64,000 bases of DNA from Nitrosopumilus sp. (GTDB lineage: Archaea; Thermoproteota; Nitrososphaeria; Nitrososphaerales; Nitrosopumilaceae). The notes under the pieces were generated by a model. That model was not told the DNA's origin. It worked only from the letters and a program-made list of their open reading frames with translations, and ran no database searches. Made by a program: the position numbers and the translations under genes. Positions within the stretch are counted from its first letter, which is position 1; each line of letters begins with the position of its first letter. The DNA lies in contig OZ245040.1 of NCBI GenBank assembly GCA_965224195.1, positions 192,001 to 256,000 on the forward strand, read 5' to 3'. Shown here one piece after another: positions 1-10,200 of the stretch.

Positions 1-74
1 GTCTAATTTGGTTTATAATTTGCTACTAAAGTATTTTAAATCTATTCCATAGTTAGTATAAACACGAAATAGTC

Positions 75-893
75 TCATTCAGACTTTTTTGAGATTATAA
101 GAAAGGAGGGATCAATAAGCTGTTTTAAGCCTAATGTAATCCTAAGATTTCCGTCTTCATCACGAAATATGTATGTATAAACTGCAGGAGAGTCTTTTTT
201 GCTTTCAATTTCAGTGCCGATTGTTATATAATCAAAATACCAATCTATTTTGTGCTTGTTTATTTCTAAAATTTCATTGATTGTTTTTTCACTGTGAATA
301 TTAAAATCGCATCTCCAAAGGTCTTTGTCATCAATAACTGATCTGTCACGAAATTTAAGAATGACATCGCAGGCTTCTGGAATAAATCTACCTTGCATAA
401 TAGCAATTCCTCCTGGATTCAACATGGTAATTATTTTGTTTAAAAGAGCAGTTGGATCTGGAAATATTTGAAAAGTTCCAAAACAAAAAATTATATCAAA
501 ATTTCCTTTAAAGTTTAGGATGTCACTATTTACCAGAGTTATTGAGGTATTGTCTTTTAGGATCGCCTTTGCTGTATCTAAAAACTCTTGAGTTAGATCT
601 AATCCAGTCAGATTATTATCTGGATAATTATCAAAAACATATTTTAAAAATTCGCCATTTCCACACCCAATATCTAATAATAAACAGCGTGATTCCAAAT
701 GTTGGTTTTTTTCTGTTATGATCTTTAATGCATGACGAAAGATAAATTTGGGATTTTGTAGTCTATTTTCGTCTATTTTACTATATGGAGAGGCATCTGG
801 AATTGCATAGTATTTTCCATGAACCGATTCGTTAAAGCCATATTTTTTTGTCATAAGTTGGTAATTTTTTTGCGTTAAATAACTTCTTTTCAT
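75..893 (-). CDS. Class I SAM-dependent methyltransferase
   Basis: Motif I LLDIGCGNG, TGLD acidic strand, FDIIFC, LNPGG post-motif. Confidence 0.85.
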   Translation of the reverse strand: MKRSYLTQKNYQLMTKKYGFNESVHGKYYAIPDASPYSKIDENRLQNPKFIFRHALKIITEKNQHLESRCLLLDIGCGNGEFLKYVFDNYPDNNLTGLDLTQEFLDTAKAILKDNTSITLVNSDILNFKGNFDIIFCFGTFQIFPDPTALLNKIITMLNPGGIAIMQGRFIPEACDVILKFRDRSVIDDKDLWRCDFNIHSEKTINEILEINKHKIDWYFDYITIGTEIESKKDSPAVYTYIFRDEDGNLRITLGLKQLIDPSFLIISKKSE

Positions 894-898
894 ATCCT

Positions 899-1438
899 TT
901 AAAATCCAGGCATGTCCATTAGCCTTTCTTGTTGATGTAATTCTATCATGTAAAATTCAAGATATCCTCCAGCCAAGAGAATACCTACTACAATTCCAAT
1001 CTCAATTAATGTTGGTTTGAGAAATTGAATTAAATTAATTTTTTTAATCACTGCTCTAATTAGAATAAAACTTCTGGAAATTCCAAAAGAGTATGCAATT
1101 AATTCCATCAATCCAAAAGGTGTCAAGAAAAGAATTGAAAGTGGAGGAATTTCAGCAATTTGTGGTGTAGTTAATGCTATTGAAGCAAAAGCAAATCCCG
1201 TAGACCAAGCAGAAAAAAGTCCCCATCCCATCCCAAATCCAGGAATGAACATTGGTAATGCAATGGTCAAGTTATGAGTAAAGATCCCAAAAGCATCAAT
1301 ATCTAAAACAAGATCTTCAAATTCTGTCATGAAGGCTTTTGCCTCCTCTTCACTAACAGTAGACATTGAACCAATTTGAAATGCAGTAGCAAAGAATCCA
1401 AGAAATATAAAAAATGTAATTATTCTAATTTTATTCAT
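899..1438 (-). CDS. SpoIIM-like (DUF95) integral membrane protein
   Basis: Multi-TM; GIFTHN...MFIPGFG and PFGLMEL motifs; start set at MNKIR. Confidence 0.7.
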   Translation of the reverse strand: MNKIRIITFFIFLGFFATAFQIGSMSTVSEEEAKAFMTEFEDLVLDIDAFGIFTHNLTIALPMFIPGFGMGWGLFSAWSTGFAFASIALTTPQIAEIPPLSILFLTPFGLMELIAYSFGISRSFILIRAVIKKINLIQFLKPTLIEIGIVVGILLAGGYLEFYMIELHQQERLMDMPGF

Positions 1439-1514
1439 ATAGCCATACCTGGTGAACAATATTTGAGGGTTGGTGTAGGCGCAGATTTAATTAAACCAGA
1501 TGATATTTTTTGAT

Positions 1515-2960
1515 ATGAAAAAGGAGTTATCCTTTGCATTAAACTATGCATTAAACAAAGGATTTCAGATTCATCCAGATGCTTTTAAAATATTAGAAAA
1601 TGTAGATGTTAAAAAATTAGAGAAAATAATTAAAGAAATTGTAAGAGAGAAGACAAAGCAAAAATTATTTCAGATTAGCCAGGATGATTTAGAAACTTAT
1701 CTTGGAATTAAAGAAGATTTATCATTACAGAGTGAAATCAAAATAATATCAGACCCTACTAGTAAGATTACATCTGGAGAGGGGGTAAAAGGATACAATG
1801 CTTTGTTTTCTAGCCGTTTTAACAAGCTTAAACGAATCATCTCAGATAGACCAGAATCAAAACTACTCAAATCTGCGGCATCTCTAAAAAATACAAAAAT
1901 CGATGATGACCAGTATGTATGCGGACTAGTTACAATTAGAAATTCTGAGAGAAACATCACAAAGATAGTTCTGGAGGATCCTTCAGGCTCATTTGAGGGT
2001 ATAATTTTTGATGAGGAATTGCAAAAAACCGCAGAAACTTTGCTAATAGATCAATTCGTCATGGCAAGAATAGGTTCTGCTAAAAACTCAGGATATATCA
2101 TCAAAGATCTTATTTTACCAGACATTCTAGAGCAGGCAAAAAACAAGTCAGAAAGTGACACATATGCAGTCTTTCTATCTGACTTGCATATCGGAAGCAA
2201 ATACTTCATGGAAGAAGAATTTTTACAATTTGTATCATGGATTTCCAGTCCAGATCTTGTTGCAAGAAAAATTCGATTTATCCTAATTGGAGGTGATATA
2301 GTGGATGGTGTTGGAATTTATCCTAATCAAAATAAAGAATTGGTTTGTCAGACAATCCAAGAGCAATTAAAAAAAGCAGAAAATTTGATTGATAAGATTC
2401 CCAAAAATGTAAAAATCATCATTATGCCAGGAAACCACGATCCTGGTAGAAGAGCATTGCCACAACCTGCCATCCCTAAAAAATACAATTCAGGTCTATG
2501 GGAGAGGGAAAATGTAATGATGGTTGGTAATCCGGCAGTGATATCATTAAATGGAGTTATCGTCTCAATGTTTCATGGACAAAGTATAGATGATATTGTA
2601 AAGACCACACCTGGTCTTAGTTATGACAGACCTACCAATGTAATGAAACATCTGCTCAAAGCAAGACATCTTAGTCCAATTTATGGTAGTCAGACACCAA
2701 TTGCGCCTGAAATGGAGGATTTGATGGTAATTCAAGACATTCCAGATATTTTTCATGTAGGCCATGTTCACCGAGCCCAATTAGACATGTACAAAGGAAT
2801 TTTGTTGATAAATTCTGGTTCTTGGCAAAAACAAACCCCTTTTCAGGCCAGTGTAGGAATGATCCCAAATCCAGGTATTGCCATAATTGTTAATCTAAAA
2901 ACCTTCCAAGTCTTCCATGAAAATTATAGTTCTAATTTAGATAATGTCTTGCAAACTTAG
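1515..2960 (+). CDS. polB: DNA polymerase D small (exonuclease) subunit DP1
   Basis: OB fold plus calcineurin-like motifs SDLHIGS, GDIVDG, PGNHD, FHG, HLSP, GHVH. Confidence 0.97.
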   Translation: MKKELSFALNYALNKGFQIHPDAFKILENVDVKKLEKIIKEIVREKTKQKLFQISQDDLETYLGIKEDLSLQSEIKIISDPTSKITSGEGVKGYNALFSSRFNKLKRIISDRPESKLLKSAASLKNTKIDDDQYVCGLVTIRNSERNITKIVLEDPSGSFEGIIFDEELQKTAETLLIDQFVMARIGSAKNSGYIIKDLILPDILEQAKNKSESDTYAVFLSDLHIGSKYFMEEEFLQFVSWISSPDLVARKIRFILIGGDIVDGVGIYPNQNKELVCQTIQEQLKKAENLIDKIPKNVKIIIMPGNHDPGRRALPQPAIPKKYNSGLWERENVMMVGNPAVISLNGVIVSMFHGQSIDDIVKTTPGLSYDRPTNVMKHLLKARHLSPIYGSQTPIAPEMEDLMVIQDIPDIFHVGHVHRAQLDMYKGILLINSGSWQKQTPFQASVGMIPNPGIAIIVNLKTFQVFHENYSSNLDNVLQT

Positions 2961-4145
2961 ATCATCTTTGAATGATTTTTTTATCATTTCAGATGATATT
3001 GTGAGTTTGTATTTTTTTGTCCTTCCATGAATGCCTTGATGAATTAGTCTTCCAGAAATAATTCCAGACAATTCAATTTCACTTAGCATTTGTGTAATTC
3101 TTCTTTGAGTAAGTTCGTCTTTTCCTAATGTCTTACAAAGATTTTTGTAAGAAGAATAAATTTCACCAGTTGAAGAGCCATTAGCCTTCATTATGGCTAT
3201 AATTACCAATTTTTCATGAAGTGGGTATGATTTGAGGGAGGCTTCTTCTTTGTTTTCTTCAATTTTTAAAGAGGCTTCCCTGACATGCTCAATTGTGACT
3301 TTGTCAGATTGTTGTCTTTCTGCAAGTTCGCCTGATACACGAAGTAGATCAATGGCCCTTCTAGCATCACCATGTTCCCCTCCTGCAAGGGCGGCACAGA
3401 GGTTTAAGGCTGGTTCTTCTATGGAATTTTCAATAAAAGATTCGTTGATTCTCTCTTCAAGAATTTTTTTAATTTGTTCAACATTATAATTTGTAAAGAC
3501 AATCTCTTCTTCTCCTAGACTACTAATCACTCTAGGATCTAGTTTTTCTTTGAATGTTAAGTCATTTGAAATTCCTACCATAGTTAGAGAACCTTGTTTT
3601 AATTGCTCATTTGCCCTTGTTAATTGATATAGAATATCCTTGCCTGTTTTCGCTACTAGTTGGGCAAGATAATCAATCTCATCAATTACAAAAATTGCAT
3701 TAAGTTTTCCCTCATCAATTTTGTTTAGTAGCCTTTTGAAGACTTCGCTAATAGCAAGCCCATTTGAGGGTAATTCGTCTTGTTCTAGGCCTAATTGCCT
3801 GCCTAGACTGACTAATAATCCGTATAATGTAGTCTCATTTTTTGAATTAGAATATACAAGTTTGATTGGAAAGTTTGATTTCTCAACTCTTTCTTGAATT
3901 TTAGATAATACTTTTTTTACAACTAATGTTTTACCAGTTCCAGGTTTTCCATAAACTAAAAGATTTGATGGTCTGGATTGTTTTAGAATTGGTAATAGAG
4001 ATTGAGTAACTTGTTCTTGTTCATTTTTTCTATGTAAGATGGTATTTGGAATATATGTAAAATGAAGTATATCACGGTTTTTAATAATTGATTTTCCAGA
4101 TTCAGCTGCATCAAGTAAATCATCTATCGGATCAGACATACTCAC
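2937..4145 (-). CDS. cdc6: Orc1/Cdc6 replication initiator
   Basis: Walker A GKPGTGKT, Walker B VIDEID, GDARRAIDLLR, C-terminal winged helix. Confidence 0.98.
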   Translation of the reverse strand: MSMSDPIDDLLDAAESGKSIIKNRDILHFTYIPNTILHRKNEQEQVTQSLLPILKQSRPSNLLVYGKPGTGKTLVVKKVLSKIQERVEKSNFPIKLVYSNSKNETTLYGLLVSLGRQLGLEQDELPSNGLAISEVFKRLLNKIDEGKLNAIFVIDEIDYLAQLVAKTGKDILYQLTRANEQLKQGSLTMVGISNDLTFKEKLDPRVISSLGEEEIVFTNYNVEQIKKILEERINESFIENSIEEPALNLCAALAGGEHGDARRAIDLLRVSGELAERQQSDKVTIEHVREASLKIEENKEEASLKSYPLHEKLVIIAIMKANGSSTGEIYSSYKNLCKTLGKDELTQRRITQMLSEIELSGIISGRLIHQGIHGRTKKYKLTISSEMIKKSFKDDLSLQDII

Positions 4146-4284
4146 ACACCTTCATTTCTTCTCAACACTAATACAACTATATCTGAATTAAGAGAGTATA
4201 GAATAATAATAGTAGTTTAGTTTGTAATTAATTATTTTTAGTTAGTTTTAGATTTTCTATTAAAAAAAAATTAAAAAAAACATA

Positions 4285-4306
4285 GAGTGGAAATATCGGT
4301 GTGTGG
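4285..4306 (+). promoter_or_regulatory. ORB-like element, inverted relative to the other two
   Basis: GAGTGGAAATAtcggtgtgtgg shares the GAGTGGAAATA core with the two full ORBs. Confidence 0.7.
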
Positions 4307-4380
4307 GTTTAATCCTAAATTAGGAGTGAGTTAACAAAATTGTTAATTTAGTGTTAAGAAATGTCTGAAAAAGCCCATTT

Positions 4381-4405
4381 TAACCCCATTATTTCCACTC
4401 CAGGC
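4381..4405 (-). promoter_or_regulatory. Origin recognition box (ORB)
   Basis: Reverse complement GCCTGGAGTGGAAATAATGGGGTTA resembles the ORB consensus with G-string; identical copy at 4443. Confidence 0.9.
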
Positions 4406-4442
4406 GTTAAGATGGATGTTAACACTGTGAATATCTTCAATC

Positions 4443-4467
4443 TAACCCCATTATTTCCACTCCAGGC
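4443..4467 (-). promoter_or_regulatory. Origin recognition box (ORB)
   Basis: Exact 25-bp direct repeat of 4381-4405, 62 bp downstream. Confidence 0.9.
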
Positions 4468-4626
4468 ATGAAATTATCTTAATTTAGGGGACTAATTATG
4501 AATTAATTATTAATAACAAAATATACTCTAGGCGTGGCTCAGGCAGTCAATGTTAACAAACCACTTAGTTAACAAATATTCTGAGATCATTTCAACTGTT
4601 AACATCTGATCAGTTAGATCTCAAAG

Positions 4627-5013
4627 ATGGCTAAAAAACGTATTCGAATTGATATGGAAGATTCTGATGGTGCACGATATGACATCAAATTAGAAGGTAA
4701 TGTAACCAAAGATAAAATCCTCAAAATTTTCGAAATGATGGACTTGATGAATATTGAAGAAGAACAAGAACCAACAAACATGAATTCAGTAGGTTCTAAA
4801 ATTTCAAATATTGTTGACAAGTTTTTCCCAATGGGCAAATTCACTTCAACAAATATTCTTGAAAAGTATGAAGATGAATATAATGAACCTGTAAAACTTA
4901 GTATTATTTCCACATACTTGTCACGATTTGTTACAAAAGGTAGGGTAAATAGAACAAGAACTGGCAGAGAATGGACATATCAAACCATTAAAATACCTCA
5001 AAAACAACAATAA
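4627..5013 (+). CDS. Origin-adjacent protein with C-terminal winged helix (BlaI/CopY-like)
   Basis: LSIISTYLSRFVTKGRVNRTRTGREWTY resembles a recognition helix plus wing. Confidence 0.7.
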   Translation: MAKKRIRIDMEDSDGARYDIKLEGNVTKDKILKIFEMMDLMNIEEEQEPTNMNSVGSKISNIVDKFFPMGKFTSTNILEKYEDEYNEPVKLSIISTYLSRFVTKGRVNRTRTGREWTYQTIKIPQKQQ

Positions 5014-5017
5014 TCAA

Positions 5018-5179
5018 TTAAGAAATCGTTACTTTTCTAACCAATAATCTATCTTTTCCGAGAATTACTTTAACATATTCACCTTTTTGGATATCCATAT
5101 ACTTTCTAAACTGTTTTGGGATTGATATTGTACCTGCAGAAGTGATTTTCACTAAAACTTCATTATCATTTACTGACAT
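5018..5179 (-). CDS. AbrB/MazE/SpoVT-family DNA-binding protein (53 aa, not in ORF track)
   Basis: Manual translation MSVNDNEVLVKITSAGTISIPKQFRKYMDIQKGEYVKVILGKDRLLVRKVTIS; G-x-I-x-IPK-x-R...GE signature. Confidence 0.85.
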   Translation of the reverse strand: MSVNDNEVLVKITSAGTISIPKQFRKYMDIQKGEYVKVILGKDRLLVRKVTIS

Positions 5180-5300
5180 ATTGGTATTATAATTTAATAA
5201 TATATATAATTTAATAAATTATTTAAATACATTTTCATTATAAAATATGCCTAATTATCTTAAAATTCAATAAATTTACCACTAAAAAAATCTAAATTTC

Positions 5301-5906
5301 TTATTGTACTAAGAGATTTTTGTCTGTTTGTTCCACTTTTGCAATTCCTTTTTCAGTAATTGAGTAAGTATATGGTTTAGATTCAGTATTTCTTTGAACA
5401 TATCCTTCTTCAAACAACTTTTTCATCAGGCGTGAAGTATGCTCTCTACTTTTCTTTAATGTGATTTGTATGTCACGTGATGTCATAGATTTGCTTGTGA
5501 TTAGATGCAACACATAATCAACTGGATTTGTAGGCGTAATATTTTGAATAATAGGTGTAGAATCTACCTTTTCAGGTACAACTTCAGTCTTAGTGACAAC
5601 CTCAATTGGTTTTTCTTGGACTTCACTCTTTACCAATTTTTCTAAAAATTGTTTTAATTCTAGGTTAGGATCCTCTACTTTTTGTTCAATTCCTTGAATT
5701 TCTATAGCATCTAGGCGTATTTTCATATCAATTAACTGTCTTTCATAATATTCTAGACGTTCAGCTTGTGAAGCATCAAATACATCATTTCTAGTTTTTA
5801 CTAATGGACGTACTTTGAAATAGGCATACAATCCAACAATACCAATAATGAATGCTAAAATCACACTTAAAATCACTTCAGGTTCAGGAATTTCTACTAA
5901 CATCAC
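5301..5906 (-). CDS. Membrane-anchored coiled-coil protein with C-terminal MarR-type winged helix
   Basis: N-terminal TM (VILSVILAFIIGIVGLYAYF), coiled coil, TSRDIQ...SREHTSRLMKKLFEEGYVQR...YSITEKG. Confidence 0.8.
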   Translation of the reverse strand: MMLVEIPEPEVILSVILAFIIGIVGLYAYFKVRPLVKTRNDVFDASQAERLEYYERQLIDMKIRLDAIEIQGIEQKVEDPNLELKQFLEKLVKSEVQEKPIEVVTKTEVVPEKVDSTPIIQNITPTNPVDYVLHLITSKSMTSRDIQITLKKSREHTSRLMKKLFEEGYVQRNTESKPYTYSITEKGIAKVEQTDKNLLVQ

Positions 5907-6151
5907 AACTTCTATGCCTGCAACGTGATTTATCGTGATTGAACAATTTTATTTCACACTTTAGATTAACAATCTCACACACATTATCACATACAATTTA
6001 GATTGACATTAACTTAGGTAATCACATACATCACATGTTACATGCCTGACGAATGAGCCTGTCAATCACATTAATCACCTCTTCTTCCCTTTCAGGAAAA
6101 ATATCACTCTCATTAATCACACTAATTTGTTCTGAAAGCTTTGATATCACA
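5860..6151. repeat. Cluster of ATCAC(A)/(T)GTGAT short motifs
   Basis: 13 ATCAC copies counted on both strands in about 290 bp. Confidence 0.75.
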
Positions 6152-6393
6152 TCTATATCATCAGGTAAAAGTATGCCTAGACCACGAAAAAGTATGATTG
6201 AGTAGAATAATCCAATTAATTTGTCTCTAGATTGCCCAACTTGCCTGTAATACGCACCTTTACTAATAGAAAAATTGGATTCAAGAAGATCTTTCTGATT
6301 TAAAATAATTTCAACTTGTCGCTCTGTAAACAGTGATTTTTTGATGATTTTACGGATAATATTGTTAAAATTAGATTTTTCTAACTTATCCAT
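6031..6393 (-). CDS. Putative helix-turn-helix protein
   Basis: FTERQVEI...SISKGAYYRQVGQSR resembles a TFX/sigma-region-4-type HTH; start set at MDKL. Confidence 0.6.
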   Translation of the reverse strand: MDKLEKSNFNNIIRKIIKKSLFTERQVEIILNQKDLLESNFSISKGAYYRQVGQSRDKLIGLFYSIILFRGLGILLPDDIDVISKLSEQISVINESDIFPEREEEVINVIDRLIRQACNM

Positions 6394-6457
6394 AGCTATA
6401 CAAATCTGTATGCAGCATTCCAATTAAACTTTAAAGAGACATGTACAAACCCATTCT

Positions 6458-7210
6458 ATGGCTGAAGACAAAGTTGAATCATTTCTAAAGTCAGAATTAA
6501 AAAAGAAAAATATATTACTTTTCGTATTAATTGATTCAGAAGTATCCAATTTAGAGGCATCAAGCAAACTTGCCAAAGATGTTGAGAAGATTGGAGCCTC
6601 GGCAATTCTAGTTGGAGGCTCATCAGCAACTAATCAAATTGAGATGGCCCAAGTTGTAAAAGGAATCAAAAAAGGTCTAGAAATTCCAATCATTCTATTT
6701 CCAGGTAATGTTACAGGTGTCGTACCTGACGCAGATGCCATATTATTTAGTTCATTAATGAATTCTGAAAATCCTTATTTCATCACCCAGGCACAGGCTT
6801 TAGGTGCCCCAAATGTCTTAAAATTTGGATTAGAACCACTCCCAACTGCATATTTGGTCATAGGAGATGGAACATCAGCATGGTTTGTTGGTTCAGCAAG
6901 AGGAATTCCATTTGAAAAACCAAAAATTGCTGCAGCATACTCACTAGCTGCTCAATTTCTAGGTATGAGATTTGTTTACTTGGAGGCAGGATCTGGTGCA
7001 AAAACCCATGTTACTCCTGAAATGGTAAAAACTGTCAGACATGCATTTAATGGATTTTTGATAGTAGGTGGAGGCATCAAAGATGTAAAAACTGCTGAAA
7101 GTTTGGCTAAAGCCGGAGCAGATGCCTTGGTTATTGGAACCTTCCTTGAACAAGGTGGAAGTATCACAAAACTCGAAGAAATAGCAAAAGCAATTCAAAG
7201 AAGCAAGTAG
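6458..7210 (+). CDS. Geranylgeranylglyceryl phosphate synthase
   Basis: ILVGGS, ILFPGN, YLEAGSGA, VGGGI motifs of the GGGPS/PcrB family. Confidence 0.95.
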   Translation: MAEDKVESFLKSELKKKNILLFVLIDSEVSNLEASSKLAKDVEKIGASAILVGGSSATNQIEMAQVVKGIKKGLEIPIILFPGNVTGVVPDADAILFSSLMNSENPYFITQAQALGAPNVLKFGLEPLPTAYLVIGDGTSAWFVGSARGIPFEKPKIAAAYSLAAQFLGMRFVYLEAGSGAKTHVTPEMVKTVRHAFNGFLIVGGGIKDVKTAESLAKAGADALVIGTFLEQGGSITKLEEIAKAIQRSK

Positions 7211-7222
7211 TAAAGGACTATT

Positions 7223-10200
7223 ATGTCTGAAAACAATGCAATTTCTCGAATTAGTGATATCAAAATGCCAGAACACTATCTGGATTACTATACCCGTCTT
7301 TCAGATGAGACATATTCAATATTTGAACATGCAGCTTCTGCAAAATCTACTCTAGTTGATTCTTCAGGTATTATTGAACCAAAAATCGCTTTTGATCTAG
7401 CAGATAGAGTTGCAAAAATACATGAAATTGATATTGCTGATCCATTAAGAGAAATTTTAAAAATTAATGGGAAAGAACTTTCAGCATTAATTTTAGCAAA
7501 AGAGATTGCTCAAGGCAAATACTGTCTTCCAGATGCTACATTAGAAGACAAATTAGATCTTGCAGTACGTGTAGGACTAGCTATTATTACTGAAGGAGTT
7601 ACTATTGCACCATTACAAGGAATTAGTGAAGTAAAAATTAAGAAAAATAAAGATGGCACTGAATATCTCTCTGTTTCAATTGCAGGACCAATGCGTTCAG
7701 CAGGCGGAACCGAGTCTGCTGTAACTTTGTTAATTGCAGACCATGTCAGAAAAATTGCAGGTCTATCAAAATTTCAAGCTAATTCATTTGATGATGAAAC
7801 AGGTAGATTTGTTGAAGAATTACGAATCTATGAAAGAGAAGCAAGCAGCTTTCAATTTCATATTTTAGATGCAGACATTGAACATGTAATTTCTAATCTT
7901 CCTGTAGAATTAGCAGGTGTTGATACTGATCCGTATGAGGTGGTTAACCATAAAGGCATGACTAGAATCAAGACTGACCGTGTTAGAGGTGGAGCTTTAC
8001 GAGTCTTAAATGATGGATTGATCGGAAGATCAAAAAAACTTCTCAAGAGAATTGAACTGTATAATCTAGATGGGTGGGAATGGCTCAATGATCTCAAAGG
8101 ATCTGTTCAAACTGATGACAATCAAGAAGACGCAGCAGCCAAAAGAATGCATGAAGTAATTACTGGCAGATCTGTCTTATCCATGCCTAACAAATTAGGA
8201 GGATTTCGTTTAAGGTATGGTAGAGCATGTAATACTGGTTTTGCAGCAGTAGGAATTCATCCAGTTATTGCGGAAATTCTAGATCATACGATTGCAGTAG
8301 GAACTCAAATCAAAATAGATATCCCTGGAAAAGGAGCAACTGTGGCATTTGTTGATTCAATCGATACTCCAACTGTCCGTCTCAATAATGGTAATGTTGT
8401 AAAAATTCGTGATGTAAAACATGGACTAGAAATTAAAAATAATATTGAAAAAATTCTACATCTTGGAGATATTTTAATTTCATTTGGGGATTTTTTAGAA
8501 AATAATGCTCAACTGGTACCTTCAGCTTATGTTGAAGAATTCTGGATAGAAGAATTAAAACAAAATATTGAAAAATATGATCCAAATGATCAGGTTTTAA
8601 ATCAATTTTTAAATAAAATTCCTACAATAGATGAAGCATTAAAAATTTCACTTGATTTTAAAATTCCACTTCATCCACATTATTTGTATTTCTGGGATAA
8701 AATTTCATCAGAAGATCTTCTCAAACTTTTAGAACCAAAAAAAGTTAATGAAATGTCAATTGAATATTCTATTCAAGTTAAGAAAATTCTTGAAAACTTG
8801 GGAACTCCTCATAAAGTTGAAAATGAAACATTGATCTTAGAACATCAGGAAGCAAAAATTTTCTTTAATTTACTTTTTAGAGAAAAACCAACAATTAGTG
8901 ATTTATCTGTTCCAAAAATCTTGTCAGAATCATCAGGTATTCAAATTAAGAATAAATTTTCAACAAGTATTGGAGTTAGAATTGGAAGACCTGAAAAAGC
9001 AGCTCCAAGACAAATGAAACCTCCTACACATACATTATTTCCAATTAGTGACAAGGGTGGTCCTACTAGAGATCTACTAAAAGCATCCAGAACTGAGCAC
9101 TTTTTTGCTAATATCATTAACCGTAATTGTACTCAATGTAATCAACCTTCTATTGGAATTAGATGTTCTATTTGTGGTACTAAAACATCGATAACTTACA
9201 GATGTTCCAATTGCAGAGATATTCTTAATGAGCCATTTTGCGAAAAATGTAAACGAAAAGCTCCAGCTCATTCTTATCAAGTATTTCCATTAAAATCTAG
9301 ATTGTTTTTAGCTCAGGAAAAAATGGGAATTCGTGCAAAAGAACCATTCAAAGGAGTCAAGGAATTAATTAATCAAGATAAAATTGCTGAACCATTAGAA
9401 AAGGGACTTGTAAGACAAAGTTTTGGTTTAACCACTTTCAAAGACGGAACAGTAAGATGCGATGCAACAAATTCTCCAATTACTCAATTCAAACCATCTT
9501 GGATTGGAACGTCCATTGAGAAATTAAAAGAACTTGGATATTCTCATGATATTGATGGAAAACCTCTTGAATCTATTGATCAAATTATTGAAATTCGAAT
9601 GCAGGATGTCATTATACCAAATGAAATCGGAAATTATCTAGTTAATGCTTGTAAATACATTGATGTTCTTTTAAAAAAATTCTACGGAAAATCTTCATTT
9701 TATAATGTTAAAAATAATGAGGAATTAATTGGGCATCTAATAATTGGTTTAGCTCCTCACACATCAGTAGGAATAGTAGGACGTATCATAGGATATACTG
9801 AAACTCATGTTTGTTTTGGAACTCCAAATTGGCATTCTGCAAAAAGAAGAGATGCTGATGGAGATGCTGATTCTATAATGTTACTAATGGATAGTCTTCT
9901 TAATTTTTCAAGACAATTTCTTTCAGATAGAATTGGCGGATTAATGGATGCGCCGTTACTTATTCAACCACATGTTTTACCACATGAATCTCAACCACAA
10001 GCACATAATCTTGAAGTTACAAAAATACTTCCTTTAGAATTTTTTGAATCTACATTCGAACAAGTAAAAGCATCAGATGTATCCTCAATTGAGATTATCA
10101 AATCACGACTTGATACTGAAAGACAATTCTATGATTATCACTTTACACATCCTACTTCATCTCTTACTACATCTAAATCAAGAAGTGCATATTCCACATT

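Larger units (their letters stand above)
4146..4626. other. Chromosomal replication origin (oriC)
   Basis: 481-bp intergenic region upstream of cdc6 with ORB boxes and an AT-rich tract at about 4196-4280. Confidence 0.9.

Noticed and set aside
5018-5179. AbrB/MazE gene as a toxin-antitoxin antitoxin
   Set aside because: No PIN or MazF toxin adjacent, and the protein lacks a toxin-binding tail
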